NCBI GenBank assembly: GCA_951406725.2
Contig: OX597836.1
Location: 29,264,001 to 29,328,000, forward strand
Origin: Octopus vulgaris
Taxonomy: Eukaryota
Direction of reading: 5' to 3'
Length of the DNA stretch: 64,000 nucleotides
The notes beneath the pieces were generated by a model that was not told where the DNA came from, searched no databases, and saw nothing but the letters and a program-made list of their open reading frames with translations. Position 1 is the first letter of the stretch. The number at the start of each line of letters is the position of its first letter. Position numbers and translations under genes: made by a program. Positions 12,656 through 26,014 of the stretch are shown piece after piece.

Positions 12656-15600
12656 ATCTAGAGAGTGATTTGGCTGCTATTTCTAACAGGTTGAGTAAGT
12701 GCATCTCTATTATGAAGTGGTGAATTGGTATGGGACGGTAATGTTGGTATCAAACGTGATGTTCGAAAGTCTGGTCAATGTTGTTGTGATGGTGAGTGTT
12801 CTGCTGTTATTGATTACAATAATAGCTTCTTGGTTTCACTGTCAGTTTGGTTTTGTTGTTTGGATGTCATCCTGCTGCTTCCATGTTTGATGGGTTAAGC
12901 TTTCTACAGAAATGCAGTTAAAAAAATATGATGCACTGTTTATCTTCCTTAACCCCTTGCAGGTGGATTTAGTGCCCTCTGAATATCCAATAAACAATCC
13001 TAGGCTTTTATTCACACTCTGTATATTCAGGACTCCAAGACCTGTGGTATTCATGAATTTGTACTTGGAATGTTGCTCTCCAGGATGCAGGTCTAGTGAA
13101 GGTATTTTTCAAGAAGGTTATCAGTTGCCCATTCTGCAAGTCTTCTTTTTCCATGCCATTGATGTTGTCCAGGGAAAAGTGATGATTGATACAACTTGGT
13201 GCTAGTGTTGTCATAGGCAAACTCAGAATGGAAAGAACACTGCTATAATACCTCTTACTCTAACCCACTCTCATTTTAATTCTCTCACTCACTCTTTTCT
13301 TGTTTGCCTGTTAAGGCAGTATGACATACACCTCATCCTGCCACACACTTTCATTTTACTTTTACTATCACACATTCACTCAATCACTTGCCAACTTTCT
13401 ATTTGTCATTTGATGTTCTCTTACTTTCATACCTTCTCCCTACCATGACAATAAATGCAAATGTAGATTGTACCTTTTCATTCACTCTTTATTGTTTACC
13501 TGTGGAGGTAATATGATAAATACCTCATCCTTCTGCTCACTATCATTTTACTTTGACTACCACTTACTTTCTGTTTGTCATTTAACATCTTCCTACTTCC
13601 GCACTATCTTCTTACCATGATGGTAAATAAATGCATACGAATTGTACCTTTTTTGATAAGTTAAAAATACATATTTTGTATCAATATTTTACTATTATCT
13701 TATAAAGTTACCCCAAACAGCTTCTACTAAGTAGCAATTTATAATTACAAAAAAATTGTTATGTGAATAAAAGACTTAATATCTGTGAAGGCACAGCAAT
13801 TAGTGATTTTCAGGTAGTGTGTTCTCTCATGTATAAGCCACATTATTTTCACCACTTTAGCAGTCAGATTATTTTACTCTGTCAAATATCATACTTACTT
13901 TTTGACATCATCATCATCGTTTGACGTCCGCTTTCCATGCTAGCATGGGTTGGACGATTTGACTGAGGACTGGCGAACCAGATGGCTGCACCAGGCTCCA
14001 ATCTGATCTGGCAGAGTTTCTACAGCTGGATGCCCTTCCTAATGCCAACCACTCCGAGAGTGTAGTGGGTGCTTTTAGATGCCACCGGCACGAGGGCCAG
14101 TCAGGCTGTACTGGCAATGGCCACGCTCAAATTGTGTTTTTTACGTGCCACCTGCACAGGAGCCAGTCCAATGGCACTGGCAATGACCTCGCTCGGATGT
14201 TTTTTCATGTTTTTTTCATTATTTTGAATTAGTCATGCATCATCTGATAGCTTTGAGATTTCAGTGATGTCATCATCATCATCGTTTAACGTCCGTTTTC
14301 CGCACTAGCACGGGTTGGATGGTTCAACCGGGGTCTGGGAAGCCAGGAGGCTGCACCAGGCTCCAGTCTGATCTGGCAGTGTTTCTACAGCTGGATGCCC
14401 TTCCTAACGCCAACCACTCCGCAAGTGTAGTGGGTGCTTTTTACGTGCCAGGGGAGTCTGGCAGCAGCCACGATCGGTTGGTGCTTTTAACATGCCACCA
14501 GCACGGAAGCCAGTCAAGGCGGCGCTAGCATCAGCCACGTTCGGATGGTGCTTTTTATGTGCCACCGGCACAGAAGCCAGTCAAGGCGGCGCTTCTGTGC
14601 CGGTGGCACGTGTGCATGTTTATTTTTGAATGACATTGTTGGGTGTGGTGTGAGAGGCCAGATCTGCCTCGTTTGGACATAAAACAATGTAGAATATTTG
14701 AGCCAGACATGGTCGGTTTAAATACTAAAGGATTACATTTGATTTTAAACTGCAAAAACTGGTGTGCGACTTACACATGGGGCAAAGCTAAAACTATGAA
14801 AGGAAAACATTTTGCACCAAGATTCAACACTAAATTAGAGGTGTGACTTATACACAAGTAAATATGATAGTTTTTGGAGTTTTTTCCTTTATTTACTAGC
14901 GGTAAACTTTTTACCAAAAAATGTAAAGCACGTTTTCATGTAACTCTTGACCAATACTCCTCATTTCTTTCATAAACTACATACAGCTGTGCATTCTGAA
15001 CGTTTGCCAAATTTTCAATAAATTGTTTTCTTTCTTATTTCCCCACCACCACCACCACCCAGCTACCCACACACATACACCTTACACTCCTTTCCGCTAT
15101 TAATTCTGCATAACTATACTCCAACTAAAGAAAGCCATCTTCTTCAATACCAAATTTGACTCCACTGCTTTCCATAGAACTTAACTCTGATCATTTCTCT
15201 GTCTTCCTTCTTTTCTCTCTCTCTCTCTCTCACCTTCATCCTCTCTATCTCTTGCCCCTCCCCTCTTTCTGTGTCTCTCTCTCTCTCTCTCTCAACATTA
15301 ACAAATCCACAAACTATGATATCATACTTGTACTTAAAAAGATGTCTTTTCAGATTATTAATATTAATATCTTATACTTTTGAGGGAAAGTTTTGAAGGG
15401 TGAAACAGTGTGTGAAATTTAGTGTTGGCTATTTTTATATATTTGTTTATTTATGTAGTTCTTTTATTTTTCGTTGCTTTTGCTGGTGGTACAGGAGCTC
15501 TAAAAGAACTCGGCATGTTTGAAATACAAATTTTAAGTTGTCTAATTTTAAATATGATTGTTGTTGTTGTTGTTTAACACTCCCACCCTATCCCAGTGAG

Positions 15601-15713
15601 CTCTGACAAAGCATTCCAGCTGTTACTATCCTATCTTTTATTTCTTTTTATTCAGTGTATCAGTGATTCTAAGACATCTTTTTTTTATGTGTGTGTGTAT
15701 ATATATACATGTA

Positions 15714-15786
<73 letters not shown>

Positions 15787-15789
<3 letters not shown>

Positions 15790-16012
15790 CGACCTGGCAG
15801 AAACGTTAGCACGCCGGGCGAAATGCTCAGCAGCATTTCGTCTGTCGCTACGTCCTGAGTTCAAATTCCGCTGAGGTTGACTTTGCCTTTCATCCTTTCG
15901 GGGTCGATTAAATAAGGACCAGTTACGCACTGGGGTCGATATAATCGACTTAATCTGTTTCTCTGTCCTTGTTCGTCCCCCTCTGTGTTTAGCCCCTTGT
16001 GGGTAGTAAAGA

Positions 16013-16015
<3 letters not shown>
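15787..16015 (+). repeat. SINE family B, full-length copy inside (TA)n
   Basis: ggcgacctggcagaaacgttagc head, gagttcaaattc B box, shared 3' tail. Confidence 0.8.
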
Positions 16016-16054
<39 letters not shown>

Positions 16055-16250
16055 TACCCACTACACTCACGGAGTGGTTGGCGTTAGGAAGGGCATCCAG
16101 CCGTAGAAACACTGCCAGATCAGACTGGGCCTGGTGCAGCCTTCTGGCTTCCCAGTCCCCAGTTGAACCGTCCAACCCATGCTAGCATGGAAAGCGGATG
16201 CTAAACGATGGTGATGATGATACATATATATATATAATATACACACATAT

Positions 16251-16295
<45 letters not shown>

Positions 16296-18960
16296 CATGA
16301 TGATGATGATATCTGTATGTGTATGTATGTGTGTGTATATATATGCAGAGATGGGTGTAAGTTCATTAATCGTTAATTAACAAAGTTAACACTTTCATTA
16401 ACGATTTAACTTTTAAGTTAACTTTGAAAATCATTATAGGACTAATCAACTTCTGTTACATTTAGCTTCTGTTAACTCAAGTCCGGTAATCCAAAAATTT
16501 CATAAAAACTGGTAAACGTTTAAAAGTTTCTATTGTTTTCACATTGTCTTAGCATATTTAATATTGTATGTGTCATTCTCTCAACCCTGATTATAACACC
16601 ACATTATTATAACTAACTTGTAGGACCTAATTTGGACCTGCTTGGATTTGAAACCAAATCCATCCACTTGTTGCTTGCAAAGACAGCAGGAAATTACTTT
16701 GTCCTGTCAAGAGGAAACAGTGATTGATGTGTTTCCACTTGATCCGTGACCTCACTGAGGTGGATGTCAACAGAGAAAATATTGACTTCCATAAAGTGGA
16801 ATAAATAAATGGAAGGAAAAAAGTTGGTAAATATTTTGGTGTGAACGCAAATAGCTGTTACATAGTAGTAGGGCATGCTGGAAATAGCAGCCAAATCTTT
16901 CCTTTTCTGGAAAAAGGAGCTGTTTACACATGATTTTGATGTTACATTCGTTGAAAGCATGCAAAATAACCTGGAAAAGATAAAAAGACTATTGAAACAA
17001 AATTCCCTTGGTGGGAAATTTGTCGCCTGCCATCTGGGATAATTTTAGTCACAAATCAAACAGGTAAAATGCATTAAGGATTTCAATTTTAGTGTTTATC
17101 CATAATGTTATTGCTTTTACACCTGTTAATTTAATTTTCCTACCCATAAAAGTCAAATTTACTCAGCAGGATTAGCTAAAATTACATAACTATAAACCAG
17201 TGGTATATAAAGCACCCACTGACAAAATTTCAAATCTGTATGTAAAAAATTTACGAAGTTACAAGCAAATATTGTAGATACTCCTTTTGAACCTGAATAA
17301 TTCAAAATAACATGAACAAATAAGCATTACATTTGACAGATTAATATGAACTCTAAAGATGATTTTAGGTGGGGGTTTTTTTCTTACACACTCACATAAC
17401 GTAGACTCGTTTGGTTGGGACTACATGTGTGTTACTCTGACACCATCATTCCATTACATTTTCAAACAACGGATCAACAAAGTTAATTTTTCAATTAAGA
17501 TAGATAGGCAGGCAGGCAGGCAGATAGATAACAAAAATACATATAGAGAAAATCACATCTTTTATTGTAGAATTCACCATACAAAGCCAACAATTGTTTC
17601 TATTGTGTCAACAAAGCCTTGTGGTGATGGCGATAAAGCCAGTGACAGTTTAACCCTTTGGCATTCAGATTACTCTGTTATGTGTAATGCTAACTTATTT
17701 GCATTGTTTTGAACTGATCATGGATTATCTCGTAGCTTCAAGATTTCAGAGATGTGATTGGTTATTTTTAGAATGGCATTGTAGGGTAGGTATAAAAGGC
17801 CAGATCTGGCTGGTTTGAACATAGAACATTCAGAATATTTGGGCCGGATATGATCCATTTGATTGCCAAAGGGCTAATTCTACCACTAACTTGCACTAAT
17901 GGAATTCTCATTAGTATTTTAAATGTAGTTGATGCAAGGTCTTGCTTATTTAATTAAGTCAAACCCCCTTTTTTTGTTATTTGTATTATTATTATTCCCC
18001 CCCTACTCCCAACGCTGGAATATTTGAACATAAAAACATTCTGAACCAGCAAATATGACTGAAGTTGCTTCTGTTAACCCTATTACCTTTACACCATTCA
18101 AACAACATAACTAACCAACCAGAGTATGCAAACGATCACTAATTATTACAGCTGCTTGTATTGTTAATTAAGCTGATAGCTAATTAATTTCCAGATTTTT
18201 TTTAGTATTGATTTGTTTTAAGATTAATGTTTCTTACATACTGCTCATAAAACTATTTTACCAAGAAGAATGTGTCCTTTTGGTATTCATGAATTCATAT
18301 AAGGCAATAGGCAATACTGTGAAGTGTAATTAAAAATGGAATGTTTTAATTAATGTATTGTAATTTTCTAGTGCTTTGCATAATTGATGTGATTATGTTA
18401 AAACCATTACTTTCGTTTTTAAGAATTCCATTTCATTTGGCAGTACCTTTATACCATTATTTACTGGACTACAAGTGATCTTTGAATATAAGGTGACCCT
18501 TTTTGTAAAAAACATACTTTATCCTTATATCTCTTTTTACATTCAGTTGATGATAATGATGATGATGTGTGTGTGTGTGTGTGTGTGTGTTGGTGGTTGG
18601 GTGTGTATGTCTCTGTATACAGAAAGGTAACCTGTGCATATCCACTCAACTTGCTAGAAATAACAGCAAAATTTTCTTCTATTTGCACCATACTACTTTT
18701 AAAAATATGATGGACATATTTAATGATGTATCCTTTAAAAGACTGATTGGCCAAGGATAGAGTGCTTTCTATCATAGGTTTGTTCAATTAGGGGGAATTA
18801 GGGTTTAGGAGTAGGATTAGGGGTTAGGGTTAGGGTTAGACTGCATGCTAAAGTGGCACTGATCATGCTTGAGGAGCTTTGTTTCTTTGGCTGGATGCTC
18901 TTCATTGTTGCCAACAACTTTGTAGACCATAGCAGGGTGCATTTTATAATAAAATATTTT

Positions 18961-19372
18961 TGCGTAGGGGTGGCTGTGTGGTAAGTAGCTTGCTTACCAA
19001 CCACATGGTCCCAGGTTCAGTCCCACTGCATGGCACCTTGGGCAAGTGTCTTCTACTATAGCCTTGGGCCAACCAAAGCCTTGTGAGTGGATTCGGTAGA
19101 CGGAAACTGGAAGAAGCCCGTCGTATATATGTATATATATGTGTGTGTGTTTGTGTGTCTGTGTTTGTCCCCCCCCCCCCAACATCGCTTGACAACCAAT
19201 GCTGGTGTGTTTACGTCCCCGTAACTTAGTGGTTCGGTAAAAGAGACCGATAGAATAAGTACTAGACTTACAAAGAATAAGTCCTGGGGTCGATTTGCTC
19301 GACTAAAGGTGGTGCTCCAGCATGGCCACAGTCAAATTACTGAAACAAGTAATAGAGTAAGAGTAAAAGAGT
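18961..19372 (+). repeat. SINE family A, full-length copy
   Basis: A box tggctgtgtggt and B-box-like ggttcagtccc; ends agagtaagagtaaaagag. Confidence 0.85.
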
Positions 19373-19795
19373 ATTATAAAATGCACCCAGTATAGAGCAA
19401 GGCAAGGAATGATCTGACACTTAGAGCAATTGTTGTATAGCCTTATGTGTGACCCACAGGTGTTATGTTCTAGAGATATCATGCTGTCACCTTGCTGAGA
19501 ACAGTATTACATACACATTGTGTAATGTAATATCACAGGTGGGCACGGGCAATGTGACAATCTCATATCCTCTTTCACTGTCCAGTCTTTTTCTGGTGGC
19601 TATTGTGTTCTTGAGCAAGACACTTTATGTCACATTGCTCCAGTTCATTCATCTATTGTATCAGCCTTTGTCTTTCCCTTGGACAACATCGATAGCATGG
19701 AGAGGGGAGGCTCGTATGCATGGGCAACTGCTGGTCTTCCTTAAGCAAATTTGCCCGGACTTGTACCGCAGTGGGGAACTTTCTAACTGCAATCC

Positions 19796-20042
19796 TGTTG
19801 TGTGGACGCCCCCAGACAATGAAGTAGGCTAGCCCAATATGTAGATATAAAAGGAGAAGTCTAGACATAGAGGGGTTGAGTAGAGGTCATCCCAACGTGC
19901 AATCTAATAGTGGCAATGAGGATGAGATACTGTTATATTGCACTTCGGATGACCTCTACTCAACTCCTCGACGTCTAGACTTCTCCCTCTATATCTACGT
20001 ATTGGGCTAGCCTACTTTATCGTCTGGGGCATCCACACAACA
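19796..20042. mobile_element. 247-bp fold-back MITE with TGTTG...CAACA termini and 5-bp TSD AATCC (Ginger-like)
   Basis: About 115-bp inverted arms (19796-19911 and 19929-20042), 17-nt loop, AATCC on both sides. The empty site gcaatcccatggtcattcatga is seen in a paralogous SINE at about 41311. Confidence 0.8.
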
Positions 20043-21284
20043 AATCCCATGGTCATTCATGATTGAAGGGAGCCTTCTTTTTTCTTGTTGTTTAGCATCA
20101 GGTCAGTTCTGATTGATCAAGGGCATTACAGTGTGACCATCCTGCCCTTTTAGTTAGTTAGTTAATTTTGGGGGATTAAGGGTGTGTGAAGACTTCAATA
20201 TGTAATGTATCCTGCCTGTTTTTATTTAACTCAGTAGTGTGTGATATGGGGGTATTTTTGGCTACTATTTCTTGCAGATTTGCATGTGTGTATGTATTAG
20301 TGTGTGTGTGTATGTATTAGTGTATGTGTGTGTGTGTTTTTGGGCGGTGATCAGTCAATAGAAAAACTAGATACTGCCCACAGATGTATTGTTCCAGGAT
20401 GTTCCATAACTCTGCTTAACGGAGGACCATCTTTTTGTTTTGTTCTAAGTCAGTCTTGGTCAAAAAGATTATAGAATGTATGTAGCTTTGTACAATAACT
20501 AAGTACTTCTTGTACAAACTCCAGATGGCATTTTCTCTCTCACTTTGCAGTTTATACAAATTTATTGTTCCAAGGTATGTCATACCTCTAACTACTGCAG
20601 GGCCATACCTTACAGTTCCAGCTCTCTGTGCTGTGAGTTCAAATCCTACCACGGTCAACTTTGCTTTTCATCCATCTGGGGTTATTAAAATAAAGTACTT
20701 GTCCAGAGCAGGGAATCGGTGAAAATGCTTTAGACAAAATGAATTACAGTATTTATTTTGACTCATTGCATTCTGAATTATTTTGACTCATTGCATTCTG
20801 AATTCTTACAGTATTTATTTTGACTCTTGCATTCTGAATTGCTTAACACCAGCAATTGGCACCTTGGAAGCAAATATTGAAGTTAATAACATGAGATAAA
20901 CATTCAAACATCAACACTGTATTTTCAAATCCTGCTGCATTTCACATGCAAATTTTGGTCCTCCAAAGCTGTCTTGGTTTATGAGTAGGCCTACCTTCTT
21001 TTTGGTTGTAAATTTTGTTATAAAAAATTCAGTTTGTATGCCAGAAAATATATTGTATATAATGTAAAATCTCTTTCTTAAAAGAGTTGAATGTGATTTA
21101 ACAAAAATTTGACTACTATTTCTAGCATATTGACTGATTGCTTGAGTTTCGGTTGTTGCCTTATCTGTCTGTTTTACTGTGGAACTGATGAAAGAGTTTA
21201 TTGTTTTAATTCACTATCTTGAGGTATTTTGAATGTTGTTCTCATAATAATATATCTTTGTTTAGGTGATTAACAAGCACAAAC

Positions 21285-21404
21285 ATGGGTCAAGCAGTCA
21301 GCAGACAAGAGAAATTTTGGGAAGCATGTGGTTACGGTCGTATTTCAGAAGTGAGGAAATTCTTGGAGGAAGGGTCTGTCGATGTAAACTGGGTGTCATA
21401 TACG
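21285..21404 (+). CDS. Ankyrin-repeat gene, coding exon 1 (MGQAVSRQEKFWEACGYGRISEVRKFLEEGSVDVNWVSYT)
   Basis: Acceptor tttag ending 21265, 19 nt of 5'UTR, aaacATGG start context, 40 codons with a degenerate ankyrin repeat (EACGYG..EVRKFLEEG.VDVN), phase-0 donor gtaagt at 21405. Needs an upstream non-coding exon that was not located. Confidence 0.88.
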
Positions 21405-21536
21405 GTAAGTTTGATCCTGTCTGTTGACATTGTTGTTCTTTTAACCTTTTAGCATTCAGCTTACTAACTCTCAATCTCAAATGGAATGCTTATTTATTCA
21501 AATTGTTTTGTCTTTATCCCTTTAGCATTCAGATAG

Positions 21537-21782
21537 TGGAGGTGCGTGGCTTAGTGGTTAGGGTGTTGAACTCATGATCGTAAGGTTGTGGTTTCGATTC
21601 CTGGACCAGGCGACGTGTTGTGTTCTTGAGCAAAACACTTCACTTCATGTTGCTTCAGTCCACTCAGCTGGCAAAAATGAGTTATCCTGTGACAGACCGG
21701 CGTCCCGTCCAGGTGGGGAATTTCTACACCACTGAAACCGGGAAACCGGCCCTTATGAGCCTGGCATGGCTTGAGAAGGAAC
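21537..21782 (+). repeat. SINE family D (tRNA head gtggcttagtggttag...ttcgattcc, central ttgtgttcttgagcaa.acactt)
   Basis: Copies at 41030-41345+, 42697-43020+, 42575-42672-, 19600-20075+ (split by the fold-back MITE), 31125-31245+. Confidence 0.75.
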
Positions 21783-22919
21783 AACACCACACCACCACCT
21801 TTAGCATTCAGATTATTCTGTTAAATGTAATGATTACTTAATCATGTGATTTTGAATTAATCAAGCATTATCTCATTGCTTTAAAATTACAATGATGTTA
21901 TCATTCATTTTTTAGAGCAATATTATAGGGTAGATGTGAGAGTCTGGATCTTGATGGTTTGAGCACAAAAAACCCGGTAGAATATTTGGGCTGGATATGG
22001 CTGGTTTAAATACTAAAGGATTAAACATGCATTATCTCATAGCTTTAAGATTTCAACGATGTAATAGTTTATTTTTAGAATGAAAGCATAAGGTAGGTGA
22101 AGAAAGTTGGATTTCACCATTCTTTAAAACATAAAATAGGAGAATATTTGGGCTGGATATGACCAGTTTCAATGCTAAAAGGTTAAATATTTCATTTTTT
22201 TTAAAATTGTATTTTTTATTCTAACAGTTCTTTCTAACAGCTGTGGAATTTAAATTATCTGACAATGTTTATTTACATATGAACTTGTTTGTTATTGTGA
22301 ATATCATAATATTCAATATTTTTTTTTATATATAATATTAAAAACAAGTAGTTTCAATAATATAAAATTTGATTGATATTGTTTTTCATCGTATCTGGCA
22401 AAAACATTAGTACACTGCACTAAATATTTGGCATTATTTAGTTACAGATTAAGGGCAATGGGCTGGCAGAATTATTAGAGTATCGAACAAAATGGCTTGT
22501 AATATTTAGTTCCAACTCTCTATGTTCTGAGTTCAAGTCCTGATAAGGTCACTTTGCCATTTATCCTTCTGAAGTCAATAAAATAAAAATACCAGCCAAG
22601 TACTCAAGGTCAATATAATCAATGTTTTTTTCCAATCAATTTCCTTCTCCCTGTTCACCTTGGTAATAAGAGAAAGAACATGTTATGCAGGACATTGATG
22701 GAAAAGCAAGGCTGAAATATCTTGTGATCTCTTCTCTGGTAACCTATGCATGGACACACAGGTATTGACAGACCAAAAGAACTTGTATTGATCAGTTTGT
22801 AGAACACACAGAATATCAAGCTGAGAGGAAAAGTAGATGGTTATGGATGATCAGGATATCTGGTATGGAAGAGTTGCATAGTCCAGGCAAGTTGCCCAAC
22901 TGGATAAATAGATAAATAT

Positions 22920-23105
22920 GAAGCACTGGTCATGGTGCCACATAAAAAGCACTGGTGATGGTGTCACATAAAAAGCACATAGTGATGGTGCCACATAAAA
23001 AGTACTGGTGATGGTGTCATATAAAAGGCACTGGTGATGGTGCCACATAAAAAGTACTGGTGATTGTGCCACATAAAAGGCACTGGTGATGGTGCCACAT
23101 AAAGA
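22920..23105. repeat. Minisatellite, about 7 copies of a 26-27 bp unit aaaagcactggtgatggtgccacata
   Basis: Direct tandem repeats read in sequence. Confidence 0.85.
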
Positions 23106-23242
23106 GACTGATAGAACACGTACTAGGCTTTAAAAATATGCCATGGGGTTGATTTGTTTGAATAAAACCCTTCAAAGCGATGCTGCAGCATGACCACAGT
23201 CAAATGACTGAAACAAGTTAAAAAATAAAAAAACAAGAACCC

Positions 23243-24000
23243 CTACCAAAGATCAACATCTAAGTTGAAAGGTTTCAAACTAGCCCCATTTGCCCAGACA
23301 AAAGCTCCTGGACATTCATATAGGGGCCACATAGCAATGAAAAATTGCCCATTAATCCCAATCTCCTGCAAAGCCTTCCACAACATGTCCTGCAGCACAC
23401 AGCCATTTTGAGGACTACGAAGCAAGTGTACATTTCTTGACAATATTGGTTTCAAATTTCGGCACAAGGCCTACGAGCTCAAGGGAGTCGGGTTAGTCAA
23501 TTACATTGACCCCAGTGCTCAGCTGGTACTTATTTTAGTGACTCTGCAAGGATGAAAAGTAAATTCGACCTTGGTGGAATTTGAACTCAGAACAAACATA
23601 AAGATGGATGAAATGCTGCTAAGCATTTTGCCTGACATGCTAACAATTCTGGTGCCAGTTCACTACCGTTCTGGAAAATAATTGTGTCAAATTTTGGCAC
23701 AAGGCCAGCAAGGTCAGGAGTGGGGCTAAGTCAGTTACATCGACCCCACCACCAGAACTCAACTGGTACTTATTTTATTGACCCCTGAAAAGATGAAGGA
23801 TAAAGTTGACCTCGGCAGAACTTCAAGACAGACAAAATGCCCCTAAATAGTTTGCTTGATATGCTAACAATTCTGTCTATTTGCTGTCTATTTGCCTTTC
23901 TTGACAGTATTCCAATGGTTTCTTGAAGACCTGTCATCGAGTGAGTACCTGGTCAGTTGTGCTGTATCAGGATGGATGGAAACCACACTGTTCTGTTTTG
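23243..24000 (-). mobile_element. RTE-type RT domain fragment interrupted by SINEs
   Basis: EQCGF....STTDQV near 23990-23940 and LWKALQEIGING....PLY...A.V.ANG...PF at 23400-23250. Confidence 0.65.
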
Positions 24001-25002
24001 GAACATAATTTATGAAAAATGGTTTTCTTACATAAAATTACAACTGAAGGCAATGATTTAATGCGGACACTTTAAACAAGTGGTTTTATATCAAAGAATG
24101 TGCAATAATCTGAGTTCATTATGAAATAGACATACATTTGAAATATTAAGACTTGCATTCCACTTTTCAACCATTCATTAACATGTTGTACATGAAAACT
24201 ATAAATAGAGATGTAAACATTGGCTTTTCATCCTATGCTTTTCAGTTGCAATTATAAGACAGTAATTTTACATAGCAGGATGCAATTACTCTAGTTGGAA
24301 GATTGCTAATTAATATGTAATTAATATGTAATTCATTGGAAGATTGGGAATCCAAAGAAAGTTGCAGTGATGTGCTTTGGCTATAATTAGTCAAATGGAA
24401 AACGATTTGTCTTAAGAAAGTTTAATAAGTTCACTTGCTGTGAGCAGTGAAGAGAAAGTGGTGTTACCTCCTGGACTGTGGCATAAGTATACATTCACCT
24501 ACAGCCCAAGCAACAGCACCACTTTTTTCATCCCTCTTACACTCTCATTTGTAGGGCAAACCATTAAATAACGGATTTTTTCATGCCTCACAATAACTGA
24601 AATTGTTGAATTCTCCTGTAAAATGATTTTGAGTTAATTTTAATCCTTTGAACACAGAAAGCTGATATCATCATCATCGTTTAACGTTCACTTTCCATGC
24701 TAGCATGGGTTGGACGGTTTGACTGAGGACTGGCAAGGTTTCTACAGCTGGATGCCCTTCCTAAGGCCAACCACTCTGAGAGTGTAGTGTGTGCTTTTTA
24801 CGTGCCACCAGCATGGGGGCCAGTCAGGTGGTACTGACATCGACCACACTCGAATGGTGCTTTTTACCTGCCACCAGCATGGGGACCAGTCAGGTGGTAC
24901 TGACATCGACCATGCTCGAATGGTGCTTTTTACCTGCCACCAGCATGGGGACCAACTGTTAGCATATAACAAATCCTCATCCAGACCTGATCCCAAGGGT
25001 GG

Positions 25003-25290
25003 ATCATCATCATCATCATCATCATCGTTTAACGTCCGTTCTCCATGCTAGCATGGGTTGGACAGTTCGACCGGGGGATCTGGGAAGCCAGAAAGCTGCA
25101 CCAGGCTCCAGTCTGATCTGGCAGTGTTTCTACAGCTGGATGCCCTTCCTAATGCCAACCACTCTGTGAGTGTAGTGGGTGCTTTTACGTGCCACCGGCA
25201 CAGGTGCCAGGCGAGGCTGGCAACAGCCATGATCGGATTGGTGCATTTTACGTGCCACCGGCACGGAAGCCAGTCAAGGCGGCACTGGTT
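25003..25290 (-). repeat. SINE-like family C with RTE-type 3' end ((GAT)n tail) and variable internal gtggcacgtaaaaagcacc units
   Basis: Copies at 6975-7140+, 13905-14200-, 14270-14590-, 16055-16222+, 24666-24955-, 31535-31835-, 55035-55335+, 58230-58580+; conserved ggttggcgttaggaagggcatccagctgtagaaac and ccaacccatgctagcatggaaagcggacgttaaacgatgatg. Confidence 0.8.
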
Positions 25291-25971
25291 CAAGAATAAA
25301 TGAAGGGCAGATTTTCAATCCCAGGATCATCCTGGTTCCCAAAAGGTGTAATATGTCTATGTAGAGCAAATGTAGACTGAGATACAGGGACAAACGGACA
25401 GACAGAAGTTTGCATTTATTATTATAGATTATCTTGTAGCTTTGAGATTTCAATGTGATTGTATATTTTTAGAATGATATCATAGGATAGGTATGAGGTG
25501 CTGGATTTGGCCAGTTTGAATATGAAATGTGCAGAATATTTGCTGATTTCTTCACCGTATCCTTGGCATAGGAGGCTAAGGGGTTGCTAACACTTGCCAG
25601 TCTACAGGGACAACTTACTCTCTGTTTTCCAGTCTGCCAGTATTCATTCACAAGGTATTGGTCAGTCTAGATCTGTAGCAGAGGGCACTTGTCAAAGGTG
25701 CCGCATAGTGGGAATGAACCTGAAACCATGTGGTTAGGATGCAAACTTCTTACCGCTCAACATCGTCTGTGTCTACTCTCTCTTTTACTCTTTTACTTGT
25801 TTCAGTCATTTGAGTGTGGCCATGCTGGAGCACTGCCTTTAGTCGAGCAAATCAACGCCAGGACTTAGTCTTTGTAAGCCTAGTACTTATTCTATCGGTC
25901 TCTTTTACCGAACTGCTAAGTTACGGGGACATAAACACACCAGCATCGGTTGTCAAGCGTTGTTGGGGGTA

Positions 25972-26014
<43 letters not shown>

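Noticed and set aside
18797-18839. Telomere or chromosome fusion site
   Set aside because: Only a few degenerate TTAGGG units in one orientation; likely repeat-associated.
22920-23105. CRISPR-like regular repeats
   Set aside because: No unique spacers, eukaryotic context and no cas genes; it is a minisatellite.
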